A DNA stretch of 64,000 bases from Candidatus Stackebrandtia faecavium. Its GTDB lineage: Bacteria > Actinomycetota > Actinomycetes > Mycobacteriales > Micromonosporaceae. Both the position numbers and the translations under genes were made by a program. Shown here piece after piece: positions 36,106 through 45,608 of the stretch. The DNA is taken from assembly GCA_019112895.1 (NCBI GenBank), contig DXIM01000010.1, positions 50,992 to 114,991 of the forward strand, read 5' to 3'. How positions within the stretch are numbered: position 1 is the first letter of the stretch; each line of letters begins with the position of its first letter. A model generated the notes under the pieces. That model had not been told where the DNA came from. It was given only the letters and a program-made list of their open reading frames with translations, and ran no database searches.

Positions 36106-36564
36106 TCAGGCCCGACCGTCCACGTGTTTGTGTCGATCGGCGAACGGGTTGCCGGACAGCATCATCGATTGGCCACGGAATTCGGCCACCATCTGCGGAT
36201 CCGCCGACTCTTCCCCCACTCGTGACACGGTCACGTCGTAGATGCCACTCCTGCCCTGCCGCGACCGTTGCCGGGCTTGCGCCAGCAACACGTCATCGAC
36301 GTCGACGGGCTGGAAGAACGACACTGTGGCGTGTTGGGCCACCGTCACCGGACCGTGACTGTTGGCCGCATACGCGAAAGCGGCATCGGCCAACAGGAAC
36401 AGGTATCCGCCATGCGCGACGCCGTGACCATTGAGCATGGACCGCGCCACCGTCATACGTAGTTGCGCATATCCAACGTCGACTTCGTCGAGGCGGATCC
36501 CCACACTTTGGCAGGCGAAGTCCCGGCGAAACATTTCCTCGGCGCGGGGATTGACCACGTGCAC
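36106..36564 (-). CDS. paaI: PaaI-type (hydroxy)phenylacetyl-CoA thioesterase
   Basis: MLNGHGVAHGGYLFLLADAAFAYAANS, GRSGIYDVTV, AEFRGQS. Confidence 0.88.
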   Translation of the reverse strand: MHVVNPRAEEMFRRDFACQSVGIRLDEVDVGYAQLRMTVARSMLNGHGVAHGGYLFLLADAAFAYAANSHGPVTVAQHATVSFFQPVDVDDVLLAQARQRSRQGRSGIYDVTVSRVGEESADPQMVAEFRGQSMMLSGNPFADRHKHVDGRA

Positions 36565-36569
36565 TCCTT

Positions 36570-39335
36570 TTACGCGATGGGCATGAACAAGGTTGCGGGT
36601 AAAGACCGCTTCGCCTCAGACTCGAGCACTGTGGACCACATGGCGCGGAACACGGTGTCTCCTCTTCGCTGTGACGGGATGCGTGCCGGCATGACCGTCG
36701 GCTCCAGCGCCGCCACTGGGCCCGCCACCGCACCAATGTCGATCATGTTGCGCGCCATGGTGCGGTCCAGCACTTGCACACGCGGGTTCGTCAGGAAGCC
36801 GGCGACCTCCTCGCGCGCGGCCGCGATCTTCGCGCCCGTTATCGCCCTGGCGCCTTGCATCGAGATCGCAAACGTCCGGCTGCCTTTGCCGATCGTCGCT
36901 TCGCACAGGATCATCGCCTGGGCGTAACGCTCCCGCGCCAGGTCGCCACGGTTGGCGGCGACGCAGACTTCCGCGTGAGCCAAAAGCGCCAGCGAATACG
37001 ACATCGGTTCCCGGCCGGGTTCCAAGTCTTGAAGCGCCTGTTCGATCTCCTTATTGAGGTCGGTGCCGGAACCCTTCTGCCTCCGCAAATACCCCAAGGC
37101 GAAGCGCGTCAGGCCGAGCAAGCGGGACTCGCCGGGATCGAGCAGCACCGTGGCCCGCATGAGATGCTCGGCGGCGTCGGCGAGCCGGACCTGTTCGCGC
37201 ATGAGCACGATCCCCAGTCGCGCCCGCGCCTCGCCGACGGCGTGCCAATCGTGCAGCTGGACGGCGCACTGCAGCCCCAGCTCGCAGGCCGACTCCGTCA
37301 GACGGATCCCGCAGGAATCGGCCAGCGTTAGCAGCCGCCGTCCGACCTCGTAGTCGCCCCGGTCGTGTGTCCACTCCAGGATCGCACCGATGTTGGCTTC
37401 CTCGGCGGCCATGAACGCTTCGGCACCATCGCCCCGTGCACCCAGCGGCAACCATTCGGGCTGCTCCACAATGAGAGGCTGCGGCGACACGGCATCCATG
37501 CTGCGTGACACGGCATCGAACACCATCAGGTACCAGCGCAGAATGCGGCGCTCGACCGCTTCGCGGTCGGGCAGGGTCTCTGCCCGGCGCCGCGCGTAAC
37601 GATCCACCAGTTCGTGTACCCAGTACCGATCTTGGGCGGTTTCGACAACGAGGTTGGCGGCGGTCAAGGCGTCCAGCAGCTGCCGTGCACGTACGAGCGA
37701 TATCCCGGCAGTCGCCGCGACGAGTTGAAGGCTCACGGTCGCCCCCGGAAGCAGGCCGAGCTGTGAAAACAGTCGCGCTACGGCAGGGTCGAGGTCGGAG
37801 ATGGCGGCGTCAAGCGCCGCGGCTACGGTCCGCTGATCATCGTCGACCGACAGTTGCTCCACCCGCGCACCGACTTCATCCATGAAGGACCACAGCGTTT
37901 GGTGTGGGCGCGTAGCGAGGGCTGCGGTCACGATGCGAAGCATCAACGGCCAGCCGCCACACAACACCGCCAGCTCATTCGCACCACCGTGCGCCAGCCG
38001 TCGACTGCCGAGTCCAGACTCCAGTAGCGCCAACGATGCTTCGGTATCCAACGGCTCGAGCGTCAACGTCGACGTCGAATGCTGCACCGCCAGCGACGGC
38101 AGCTGTTTGCGGCAGGTCGCCACGATTTGACTCTTCGACGTCGGGGGCGCCAAAGCGAGAACCTGCGCCGCCGAATCCGCGTCATCGACCACGATCAATA
38201 CTTCGCGCTGACACATCACGGTGCGATACAGGCAGATCAGCTCGTGCGGGTCGGAAGGGATGTTTTTGCTGTCTACACCGAGCGAAAACAGCACGGTCCG
38301 CACCGCGGCACTGCGGGACAAGGGTTCCTGTGTACCGGACCCACCGAGGTCGACGAAAATCTGCCCGTCGCGGAACCTCTCGGCGACGTCGTGTGCCCAC
38401 GCTACGGCAAGCGCGGTTTTGCCCAGTCCGCCTGCTCCCGAGATCACCAACAGTTTCGGTTCCCGGTTCGGCGACGCGATGGCGGCAGTCAGTTGGGCGC
38501 ATTCGCGGGTTCTGCCGACGAAACGGCTAGGCCGTGCCGGCAGTTGCGCGGGCCTGGACACGGCCCAGCTGTCGGCTTCGGTGGCTTTCGGGGCGTCGTC
38601 GGTCTCGCACGGGGGCGGCAGTTGTTCGTCGCGCAGGATCTTGGCGTGCAGCTCTTGCAGGTCGACACAGGGGTCGCTGCCGTACCGGTCGGCAAGGCGG
38701 TATCGCAGGGACACATAGCTTTGTAGCGCGTCGGCGCGGCGGCTGCTGCGGCACAGCGCCACCATGAGTTGCCCATGTAGGCGCTCCCGCACAGGGAACA
38801 GGGAGGTCGCCTCGATGAGTGAGTCCACAATCTCTCGATGTCGTCCGAGACGTAGCTCCACGTCGCATAGTTCTTCGAATTGACTGACGCGAAGCTCCGA
38901 CAGTCGGGTACGGGCGCCTTCGAGCCCGGGTGCCGTGCCACCGTCGAGCGGATCGCCGCGCCACAGCTTGCTCGCTTCGCGCAGGATCGGCGCCGACTCG
39001 GCCGACGTTCGGGCATCACGCGCTTCGCGCGTGAGTTTCTCGAGTCGGTTGACGTCACAACTGGATTCGGGGAGTTTCAGCACGTAACCCGGGTGACGGG
39101 TTTCGACGGCTGTACCGAGCTTGCGACGCAGCGAAGAGACGAGGCCCTGGACCCGCGAGCGCGGCGCGGCCGGTGGGCGTTCTCCCCAGAGGCGGTCGAT
39201 GATGCGGTCGGTCGATAGGACTTTACCGACAGACAAAGCAAGAAGCGCGCACAAGTTTCTCTCAAGCGGCGCCAGGCGGAGATTCTCTCCGTCTTTGTAG
39301 ACCTCAATTGGTCCGAGCAGCAATACTTCCAGCAA
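36570..39335 (-). CDS. AfsR/SARP-family regulator (OmpR-type wHTH-BTAD-NB-ARC-TPR-like)
   Basis: LLGPIEV, PGYVL, LWRGDPL, RERL..QLM.AL, GAGGLGKT, VVDDA; probable TTG start at 39335 after agagg. Confidence 0.9.
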   Translation of the reverse strand: MLEVLLLGPIEVYKDGENLRLAPLERNLCALLALSVGKVLSTDRIIDRLWGERPPAAPRSRVQGLVSSLRRKLGTAVETRHPGYVLKLPESSCDVNRLEKLTREARDARTSAESAPILREASKLWRGDPLDGGTAPGLEGARTRLSELRVSQFEELCDVELRLGRHREIVDSLIEATSLFPVRERLHGQLMVALCRSSRRADALQSYVSLRYRLADRYGSDPCVDLQELHAKILRDEQLPPPCETDDAPKATEADSWAVSRPAQLPARPSRFVGRTRECAQLTAAIASPNREPKLLVISGAGGLGKTALAVAWAHDVAERFRDGQIFVDLGGSGTQEPLSRSAAVRTVLFSLGVDSKNIPSDPHELICLYRTVMCQREVLIVVDDADSAAQVLALAPPTSKSQIVATCRKQLPSLAVQHSTSTLTLEPLDTEASLALLESGLGSRRLAHGGANELAVLCGGWPLMLRIVTAALATRPHQTLWSFMDEVGARVEQLSVDDDQRTVAAALDAAISDLDPAVARLFSQLGLLPGATVSLQLVAATAGISLVRARQLLDALTAANLVVETAQDRYWVHELVDRYARRRAETLPDREAVERRILRWYLMVFDAVSRSMDAVSPQPLIVEQPEWLPLGARGDGAEAFMAAEEANIGAILEWTHDRGDYEVGRRLLTLADSCGIRLTESACELGLQCAVQLHDWHAVGEARARLGIVLMREQVRLADAAEHLMRATVLLDPGESRLLGLTRFALGYLRRQKGSGTDLNKEIEQALQDLEPGREPMSYSLALLAHAEVCVAANRGDLARERYAQAMILCEATIGKGSRTFAISMQGARAITGAKIAAAREEVAGFLTNPRVQVLDRTMARNMIDIGAVAGPVAALEPTVMPARIPSQRRGDTVFRAMWSTVLESEAKRSLPATLFMPIA

Positions 39336-39819
39336 GGCAGTACCTCTGTTAGGTCTGGATTTTCGGGCACGCGCGACGCCCAAGGCGAACGTTCGCCAAT
39401 CCGCAACCGGCGAGGGATGGTGTGTAGTCGATGATCGTCTGGCTGCGAAACAGGCGCCAACATCTGCAACATTACTGCCAAAGCGCCGCCACATCCTGGG
39501 GCCTTCAGCCAAGCAATATTGTCGATTCGAAGCTATTAATACCGGATTAGCGGTTGACTTGACGGGGCAATCAGGGATATGACGGCCGACACCGGTTTAT
39601 GATGCACTGCAATGCTTCCCGATCATCAAACCTTACAGACTTTACAAACCACCAGGCCAGCCATCGATGTCCGTAATTCTCTAATGCCATAAATGGACAC
39701 GTTTCCTGCATTTAACCACCCGACGGAATTCCCTCATAGAACATACCTAAAGATATGGTTGCAATACCGTATAGATACACACCGTATCTGATATGAACGA
39801 TTCCAATTAATGGGCTGGA

Positions 39820-40191
39820 TCAAAACCACAAGGCGAACGCGAATGCCGCCCCGAGCGCGGCGCACGCAATTCCCGCAATAGTCGTTCCCACGATATTCGC
39901 GATCGCTTTCGCCGGCTGACGTTTGCGGACGAGACCAATGGTGTCATTGGACAACGTGGAGTATGTGCTGAGCGCGCCGCACAGCCCCATACCGACGAAC
40001 GTTTCGGTGCCAGTCGAGATCTCATGGAGAACCACTCCGACACTGACGATCGCTAGCAGAAACGAGGCGACGCAGTTTGCCACCACAATCCCGTACGGGA
40101 ACCGATCCGCGCCGGCACGCCGAAAACCCGTGTCGGCGAGGTAACGCAGCACGGCGCCCGCTGCGCCACCGGCGAACACGAGGACGATCAT
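39820..40191 (-). CDS. crcB: Fluoride efflux channel FluC (second subunit)
   Basis: GGAAGAVLRY, FPYGIVVAN, GLCGALSTYST. Confidence 0.88.
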   Translation of the reverse strand: MIVLVFAGGAAGAVLRYLADTGFRRAGADRFPYGIVVANCVASFLLAIVSVGVVLHEISTGTETFVGMGLCGALSTYSTLSNDTIGLVRKRQPAKAIANIVGTTIAGIACAALGAAFAFALWF

Positions 40192-40616
40192 GATGCCACC
40201 CGAGCATAGTTCGAGCCAGACCAGCGCCGCAGGGCAGCGCTCGTGGCGGCCAGTCCGGCTCCGGTGGCCGCCAGCGCGGCGATCGGTGTCGCGAACAGGT
40301 ACGCCAGCGCGCCGAGCAGGTCGGTCGAAAGAGCCGCGTGGAGGTGCACGGCATAGCCCGAGAACGTCGTGAATCCTCCCAACACCCCGACACCGGCGAA
40401 GGCCTGCAGGGTGCGCCAGCCTCGATGCGCACACACTTGCGTCACGCATCCGATCAACACGCAACCCACGACGTTGATGACGAATATCGGCCAATCGAAC
40501 ACGTCGACGGGGGCGCGCCACGCCTCGATCGTGGCGTAGCGTGCGCAGGCGCCGATACCGCCGCCCGCCGCGACCGCGGACAGCAGCACGAGGCGACGTC
40601 GCCACACGGTCGACAT
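40188..40616 (-). CDS. crcB: Fluoride efflux channel FluC (first subunit)
   Basis: GGGIGACARY, INVVGC, GVLGGFTTFS. Confidence 0.88.
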   Translation of the reverse strand: MSTVWRRRLVLLSAVAAGGGIGACARYATIEAWRAPVDVFDWPIFVINVVGCVLIGCVTQVCAHRGWRTLQAFAGVGVLGGFTTFSGYAVHLHAALSTDLLGALAYLFATPIAALAATGAGLAATSAALRRWSGSNYARVAS

Positions 40617-40859
40617 GGCCGATACCTCCTATCGCCGGCACTGGATGTGATCACTCACGGCATTCGGAGCACCGCAGGCGACGTCGACCCTAGCGCGCAC
40701 ATCATCGGACCGCATGCCCGAATGTGTCGTCCCGGGCGGACGGACGTGAACCGTGTTCTGAAGCGAAGACTCTCGGAAGAGACCACCGTGTTCGTACACG
40801 TGAAGACTATCCACACGGTCCATTCCTTCCGTGTCTATTTTGGTATAGGTTCACACCGC

Positions 40860-42164
40860 ATGTTCATCAATCGGGACTACCGCAGACTGTGGCTGGGACA
40901 TACGGCAGCCCAGTTCGGCGATGCCGTATTCGTCACCGCCGTGTTGATCTGGGTCGCCGACGCCTTGAAGGACAGTCCTCATGCTCCGGCCGCAGGCGGC
41001 GCCATAGTGGCTCTGAGCACCGCCGCTACGCTCCTGGTCGCACCGTTCGCGGGCGTTGTCGTGGACCGCAGCGGCGATAAACGCGCCGTCATGCTACGCA
41101 CCGACGCACTGCGTTGCGCCGCGATCGCCTCCGTCTGTCTACTGTCTATTCTGCCGCGGCAGGCGATACCGCCATGGGCCCTGGGTGTGGCCCTCGGTCT
41201 CGCGGTGGCGCTCGTCGCCGGGGCGGGCCAATTCTTCAACCCGGCCCGATTCATTGTCGTGCGCGATATCGTGCCGAAGACGCAATACGGGCGGGCCAGC
41301 AGCTTCACCCAAGGCTCGGCCGCCATAGCGATGATCCTCGGTCCGGCCGTCGCGGCACCGCTGACGGTTGCGACCGGGGTGACGGCGGCGCTGGCGATCA
41401 ACGCTTCTACGTTCCTGGTTTCCTATTTGGCGATACGGACGATGTCGCTTCCGGTGCTACACGCCGAACCCGAGACACCGTCAGAACGTGGCACCGCGGC
41501 CCGTTCGGTAGCGGCCGGGCTGCGCACGGTCGCCACAACTTCGACCATCCGGGCGGTACTGGTGACCGGGATGGTGGTGATGGCCGGTGCCGGAGCCGTC
41601 ACCGCCCTGAACGTGTTCTTCGTGCAGGAGAATCTCGGCGCCGACCCGGCCTGGTATGGGTACGTCAGCTCCGGCATGGGCGCCGGCCTACTGCTGGGCG
41701 CGGTCGCCGCAGGTTTCGTCGGTGACCGCGTAGGGCATCCGCGGGTACTGCGTTTCGCGCTTGCCGGCTGCGCTCTTGCTCTCGCCGTTTACTCCCGTAT
41801 GGACGACGCATGGTCCGCCGTCTTGGTGATTGGTCTATATGGCGTTTGCGCCGGTGCTGTGGAAACCGTGGTCGCCCCGCTGTTGCTGGCGGACACGCCA
41901 CGAGCCTTCCTCGGTCGAATCAGCGCGGTGTTCGTCCCGGCGATGCGGGTGGCCTCAATGTTGTCGGCGGCAGCGGCCGGGGTGATCGCGGGTGGGCTGC
42001 CGACGGGTTTCTCCGTTTCCGTCCTCGGAATCGATTTCGGACGCATCGACGCCGTGTACGCCGCTTCGGCGCTACTGCTCGCATTGGGGGCGCTGTACGC
42101 GTCGTTCGCGTTCCGCAGCCGCAACAGGCACCCGGACCGCGTCGCCGCTGTACGAGACGAGTGA
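40860..42164 (+). CDS. MFS transporter
   Basis: NRDYRRLWLG..AQFGD, AGVVVDR, GFVGDRVG; about 12 TM segments; ATG at 40860. Confidence 0.9.
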   Translation: MFINRDYRRLWLGHTAAQFGDAVFVTAVLIWVADALKDSPHAPAAGGAIVALSTAATLLVAPFAGVVVDRSGDKRAVMLRTDALRCAAIASVCLLSILPRQAIPPWALGVALGLAVALVAGAGQFFNPARFIVVRDIVPKTQYGRASSFTQGSAAIAMILGPAVAAPLTVATGVTAALAINASTFLVSYLAIRTMSLPVLHAEPETPSERGTAARSVAAGLRTVATTSTIRAVLVTGMVVMAGAGAVTALNVFFVQENLGADPAWYGYVSSGMGAGLLLGAVAAGFVGDRVGHPRVLRFALAGCALALAVYSRMDDAWSAVLVIGLYGVCAGAVETVVAPLLLADTPRAFLGRISAVFVPAMRVASMLSAAAAGVIAGGLPTGFSVSVLGIDFGRIDAVYAASALLLALGALYASFAFRSRNRHPDRVAAVRDE

Positions 42165-42312
42165 ACAGTGCGCGGTAACGGGTTTGGCATCGCAGATTCG
42201 TCGTGACAGATCATGCTGCGCGCGTTCGCCAAACCGCAGGGACCGCTCGAACGCGAACGTGGCGCGCCCCCTCACGCCGTAAAAGCGCAACCGGTAATAT
42301 GGCTGTGCGCGA

Positions 42313-42389
42313 GGGGCGGTAGCTCAGCCGGTTAGAGCAACGGACTCATAACCCGTCGGTCGCGGGTTCGAGTCCCGCCCGCCCCACCA
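42313..42389 (+). tRNA. tRNA with anticodon CAT (Ile2 or elongator Met)
   Basis: GGGGCGG/CCGCCCC acceptor stem, D loop AGCTCAGCCGGTTAGAGC, anticodon loop CTCATAA, T loop GGTTCGAGTCC, encoded CCA. Confidence 0.96.
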
Positions 42390-42416
42390 GGATTGACCTG
42401 CGGTTACATAAACCTA

Positions 42417-43020
42417 CTATCCTTTGTGGGTGTCCGTTTTGTCTGCTGGTGGGCGCAAGGTGGGCGCATCGCGTTCGGCGCGATGCACCGTTTTTGTATT
42501 CCTGGGCACAATGGACGCTACTGCCTCGGCCGCGCTTTCGGGATACACATGCTGGTAGACATCGCGGGTGAACGCGGCGGTAGCGTGTCCGCATTCGCCC
42601 GATACCACCGTAATATCGACACCTGCGGCCAGGGCGAGGCTGGCGGCACCATGTCTGGTGTCGTGTAGCCGGATGGGCGGTAGCGACATCGCTAGGGCGG
42701 TGTCGATGGCCCGGTGGGTGGCTTTATAGCTAGCGGCGATGCGGTCCCAATTCCAGTGTTGCGTGTAATAGCGGTTTCGGATGGCGGCGTGGCGGACCAG
42801 GAAGCGTGCAAACTTTTGCGAGATCCAGCCTGGATCCAGGGATCCACCGGGGGGGTGGTGAACAGGCGTTGTGAGCCCGCCCAGGCGGCACCGAGATCGC
42901 GGCGGCGTTGGTCTTGCCGCGCCAGGTGTAGGCGTAGTACTTCGATCGTGACGGTGTCGAGGGCTTGGACGCGTTGGGAGGTGTCGGTTTTGGTGTCGTC
43001 CCATTCATCATCAGCATCGA
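42417..43020 (-). pseudogene. Tyrosine integrase, C-terminal fragment with frameshift
   Basis: TKT..SQRVQALD (frame of 42692..43084) shifts to IRLHDTRHGAASLAL...GH...FTRDVYQH (frame of 42417..43004); N-terminus replaced by an IS fragment. Confidence 0.88.
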
Positions 43021-43226
43021 CCCACAACGTCCTAGACCGCAAGCGTTGGCGGACCCCAAAAGAGCTCCGGACAGCGATAATCACCTGGCTCGAAAGGACC
43101 TACCACCGTCGCCGCCGCCAAGCCCGCCTGGGCCGATTGATCCCCATCGAATACGAGACCATCATGAAACCGGCCGTGAGCCTCGCGGCCTGAAACCCCA
43201 ACTGTCACCTATCAGTGCAGCAGCCC
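43021..43226 (+). mobile_element. IS3-family remnant: OrfB C-terminus and probable right end
   Basis: NVLDRKRWRT..ELRTAIITWLERTYHRRRRQARLGRL.PIEYE, followed by aactgtcacctatcagtgcagc. Confidence 0.8.
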
Positions 43227-43329
43227 CCGGTAACGCTCCTGCCAGGGTAGGAATGTTGCACTGTTATCTACAGCGGAGGGCACTGGTACGTGTGGACGCT
43301 CTCGCTGTCGGATGATCTCGAGGACACAG

Positions 43330-43815
43330 TGTCAGCGCTGACTGTACGAAGACAGATCCCTGTCGTACTGGTGAGGATCGGGCCGTTTCATGCGGGCCTG
43401 GTAGAAAACGTCGACCGGGCAAGACCGGCCACCTCCAGCAGCACTGCGAGGGGAAATTGTGCCTTGAGAGCAACGACAGTGTGTGTCTTCACTGCCGCTT
43501 TTGATCCCTCAAGGCACTCAATTTTCCCAGGTAAGCCACCTCGGCCCGCAACCGCTCGTTCTCGACCCGCAGCCGATCCAGCTCGCTGACCGGTTCAGGC
43601 GACGGCAGTGACGCTCGAGACCGCCGTCCCCGCGGCTTAGGACGCAACCCCGCCTCGCCCTCCTCGCGGTAGATCTGGGCCCACTTTCCCACCAACTTGT
43701 GCGACGACAGGTTGTACTCACGCGCCAGGTCCATCGTGGTCGCCTCGCCGCCCATGAAGCGGACAACGACCTCTCGCTTCATCTCGAACGAGAACTTTCG
43801 CTTCGTCGTCTTTCG
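43330..43815 (-). mobile_element. IS3-family (IS150-like) remnant: OrfA and frameshifted start of OrfB
   Basis: KFSFEMKREVV..DLAREYNLSS..LV.KW..YREEGEAGL.PKPRGR..LR.ENERLRAEVAYLGKL, then VVALKAQFPLAVLLEVAGLARSTF. Confidence 0.82.
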
Positions 43816-43858
43816 TAGTGGTCATCGAGCACGAAGTCGAGGAAGTTACCCGTTTGGG

Positions 43859-44641
43859 ATGATGGCGATTGATGATTTACTGGAACCCGCGTGGGTCATG
43901 CAGAGTCGAATCACAGGGAGCACGATTGTGGACGAATTCCGGTCGCGCGGAAAGCTGGCCGTGACGGCTCGCGTCGTCGCGGCGATCGGCGTCACGGTGG
44001 GCGCGGTGGCGTGGATCAATGTGATGACGAGGATGAACCCCGGGTCGGCGTGGTTTTGGAATCATGATTCGTCACTGACCCTGTACAAGAGCCTTGAGAC
44101 GCTGTTCCTGGTCGGCGTCGCGGCGGTCGCCGCTCATGTGGCAACCCTCGTGCTGATCCTCCAATTGACCTCGCGGCGGGCCGGACTTTGGTTGGGGCAG
44201 GCGGCACTGACGGGTATCGCCGGAATGTCGGGCCTTGCTCTGTACGCCTTTTCCGCGAATCCACGGCTTTTGTTCGCGACGCCGGTGCTCGTACCCGTCG
44301 TGGCCGACGGGCTGGCGGTGGTACTGATCGGCGTGGCGTGGTGGATTTCGCAACTACGGCAATCGAATCAGGACACTTTGATGTGGTTGGAGTCGACGAA
44401 CCTGGAGTGGTTTGAGGCGGCGACAGTTGTCGTGCCGCTAGGTATCGTGCTGATGCTGACGGGCGGATGGCTAAACGTCGTCTTCGATGAGAGCATGGGT
44501 CCCGAAGACGGCGGCGTCGTTGCGTGGGCGCTGTTCATATCGCTGTCGGCGCTGGTATGGGCGCAGATCCTGGTTGCCGTATCGCGGCGCCGGATCCGTA
44601 AGCAGCGTAACGCCGATACCGCGCCCAAGGAAGCGCAGTAG
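43859..44641 (+). CDS. Hypothetical multi-pass membrane protein
   Basis: About 6 hydrophobic segments; a degraded paralog lies at about 57741-58200; start approximate. Confidence 0.7.
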   Translation: MMAIDDLLEPAWVMQSRITGSTIVDEFRSRGKLAVTARVVAAIGVTVGAVAWINVMTRMNPGSAWFWNHDSSLTLYKSLETLFLVGVAAVAAHVATLVLILQLTSRRAGLWLGQAALTGIAGMSGLALYAFSANPRLLFATPVLVPVVADGLAVVLIGVAWWISQLRQSNQDTLMWLESTNLEWFEAATVVVPLGIVLMLTGGWLNVVFDESMGPEDGGVVAWALFISLSALVWAQILVAVSRRRIRKQRNADTAPKEAQ

Positions 44642-44643
44642 CA

Positions 44644-44781
44644 GGGCTTTGCGAGCCGACGTTGTGCCACACCAGCTTGCCATGGCCCATTGCTGCCCCG
44701 CACCACACGTGCCGATCCCTTCCGACTCCACGCTACCGAAGACCGGGTACGCGTGTAACCGGTGATATCGACTCGACGTCA
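44644..44781 (+). repeat. Imperfect direct repeat, copy 1 (copy 2 at 55698-55833)
   Basis: Shared blocks ttgtgccac, atggcccatt, cgcaccacacgtgccga, ctccacgc, gcgtgtaaccg. Confidence 0.75.
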
Positions 44782-44876
44782 CGCCAATCCACTTCTCACA
44801 CCTATAATGGCCACGGGTGCGGGTGGTTGCGTTTTGGGTCCGGCTGGGTTTATCAGATTCCCGCGGATCGGTCGGT

Positions 44877-44945
44877 CATGATATGACGGTGACGACGTCC
44901 GGGTCCACGCTGTAGAGCAGCGAGTCTCGCCATTGGTCACGGCGG
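44877..44945 (-). pseudogene. C-terminal scrap of a RimJ/RimL-type GNAT
   Basis: Minus-strand translation DQWRDSLLYSVDP; WRDSLLY is a typical RimL-type C-terminal motif. Confidence 0.4.
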
Positions 44946-44999
44946 GTTCAATAGCGGCCAACGTCTCGTTTCCACTAATACTCCCGAACCAATGAGCGA

Positions 45000-45557
45000 T
45001 CAGTTGTCTGGCGCGAGTTCTTCTTGGGGTACGTCTGCATCAGTGAGGTCTGCGAGAAAACGGATCACGGTGTCTCGATCTTTCGGGCTCATGGAGGCGG
45101 CGACTGTGAATCTCCGGGCGTGCTGCCGGCCGACAGTCTCGTGCGCTGATCGTCGTGTGTGTTCCGTGACTTTGATGCATGTTGTGCGACGGTCGTTGGG
45201 GTGTGGAAAGCGGACGACGTGCTGCCCGGCGACGAGCCGGTCTATGAGCTTCGTTGTTGATGCGCTGGAAATCCTGACTTCGCGAGCGATGTCTTTGGGT
45301 GTGACGATCTGGTTCTGCTTCTCCGCGCGGATCATCATCCGTATTGCACGCATGTCACTTTCGTTGAGTTTCATGTAGCGCTGCGATGCTTCGGAGAGAG
45401 TGCGGGCGGCCTCTTGCCATTCGCGCAGAGCTTCCATCACTCGGACGCACTGTTGGCGATCTTCGTTGGAGAGGTCGGCGTGGTCAATGAGGTCAGAATC
45501 GCTGGAAAAAAAGCTTACGTCCGCGATTCCCGGTACTATGCGCTCAATTTCGGACAC
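45000..45557 (-). CDS. MarR-family regulator (CrtR-like), divergent from the crt operon
   Basis: MKLNESDMRAIRM, VTPKDIA, ISSASTTKLIDRL, HPNDRR. Confidence 0.9.
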   Translation of the reverse strand: MSEIERIVPGIADVSFFSSDSDLIDHADLSNEDRQQCVRVMEALREWQEAARTLSEASQRYMKLNESDMRAIRMMIRAEKQNQIVTPKDIAREVRISSASTTKLIDRLVAGQHVVRFPHPNDRRTTCIKVTEHTRRSAHETVGRQHARRFTVAASMSPKDRDTVIRFLADLTDADVPQEELAPDN

Positions 45558-45563
45558 GATCCC

Positions 45564-45602
45564 AGCATACAGTTAATATGCTAGGTTTAACTCTCGCCTA
45601 GC
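45564..45602. promoter_or_regulatory. Candidate MarR operator in the marR/idi divergent gap
   Basis: Overlapping inverted repeats agcata-cagttaa-tatgct and gctagg-tttaactctcg-cctagc, each enclosing TTAA. Confidence 0.45.
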
Positions 45603-45608
45603 GAATAA

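Noticed and set aside
27954-36564. Phenylacetate catabolic (paa) operon
   Set aside because: Only PaaK-like and PaaI-like genes are present; there is no paaABCE, paaG or paaZ, and the context is biosynthetic.
39513-39810. SARP-type repeats in the AT-rich region upstream of the SARP gene (accgtat twice)
   Set aside because: Only two copies, 15 bp apart, which does not fit 11- or 22-bp helical spacing; could be chance.
40617-40860. Fluoride riboswitch upstream of the crcB/fluC pair
   Set aside because: I looked for the GGCGATGG...CTGATG-CC-TAC consensus on the minus strand. Only ggcgat-aggagg (the RBS) and an imperfect cattcgg/ccgaatg inverted repeat are present, which is not enough to call. 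An Infernal scan with RF01734 would settle it.
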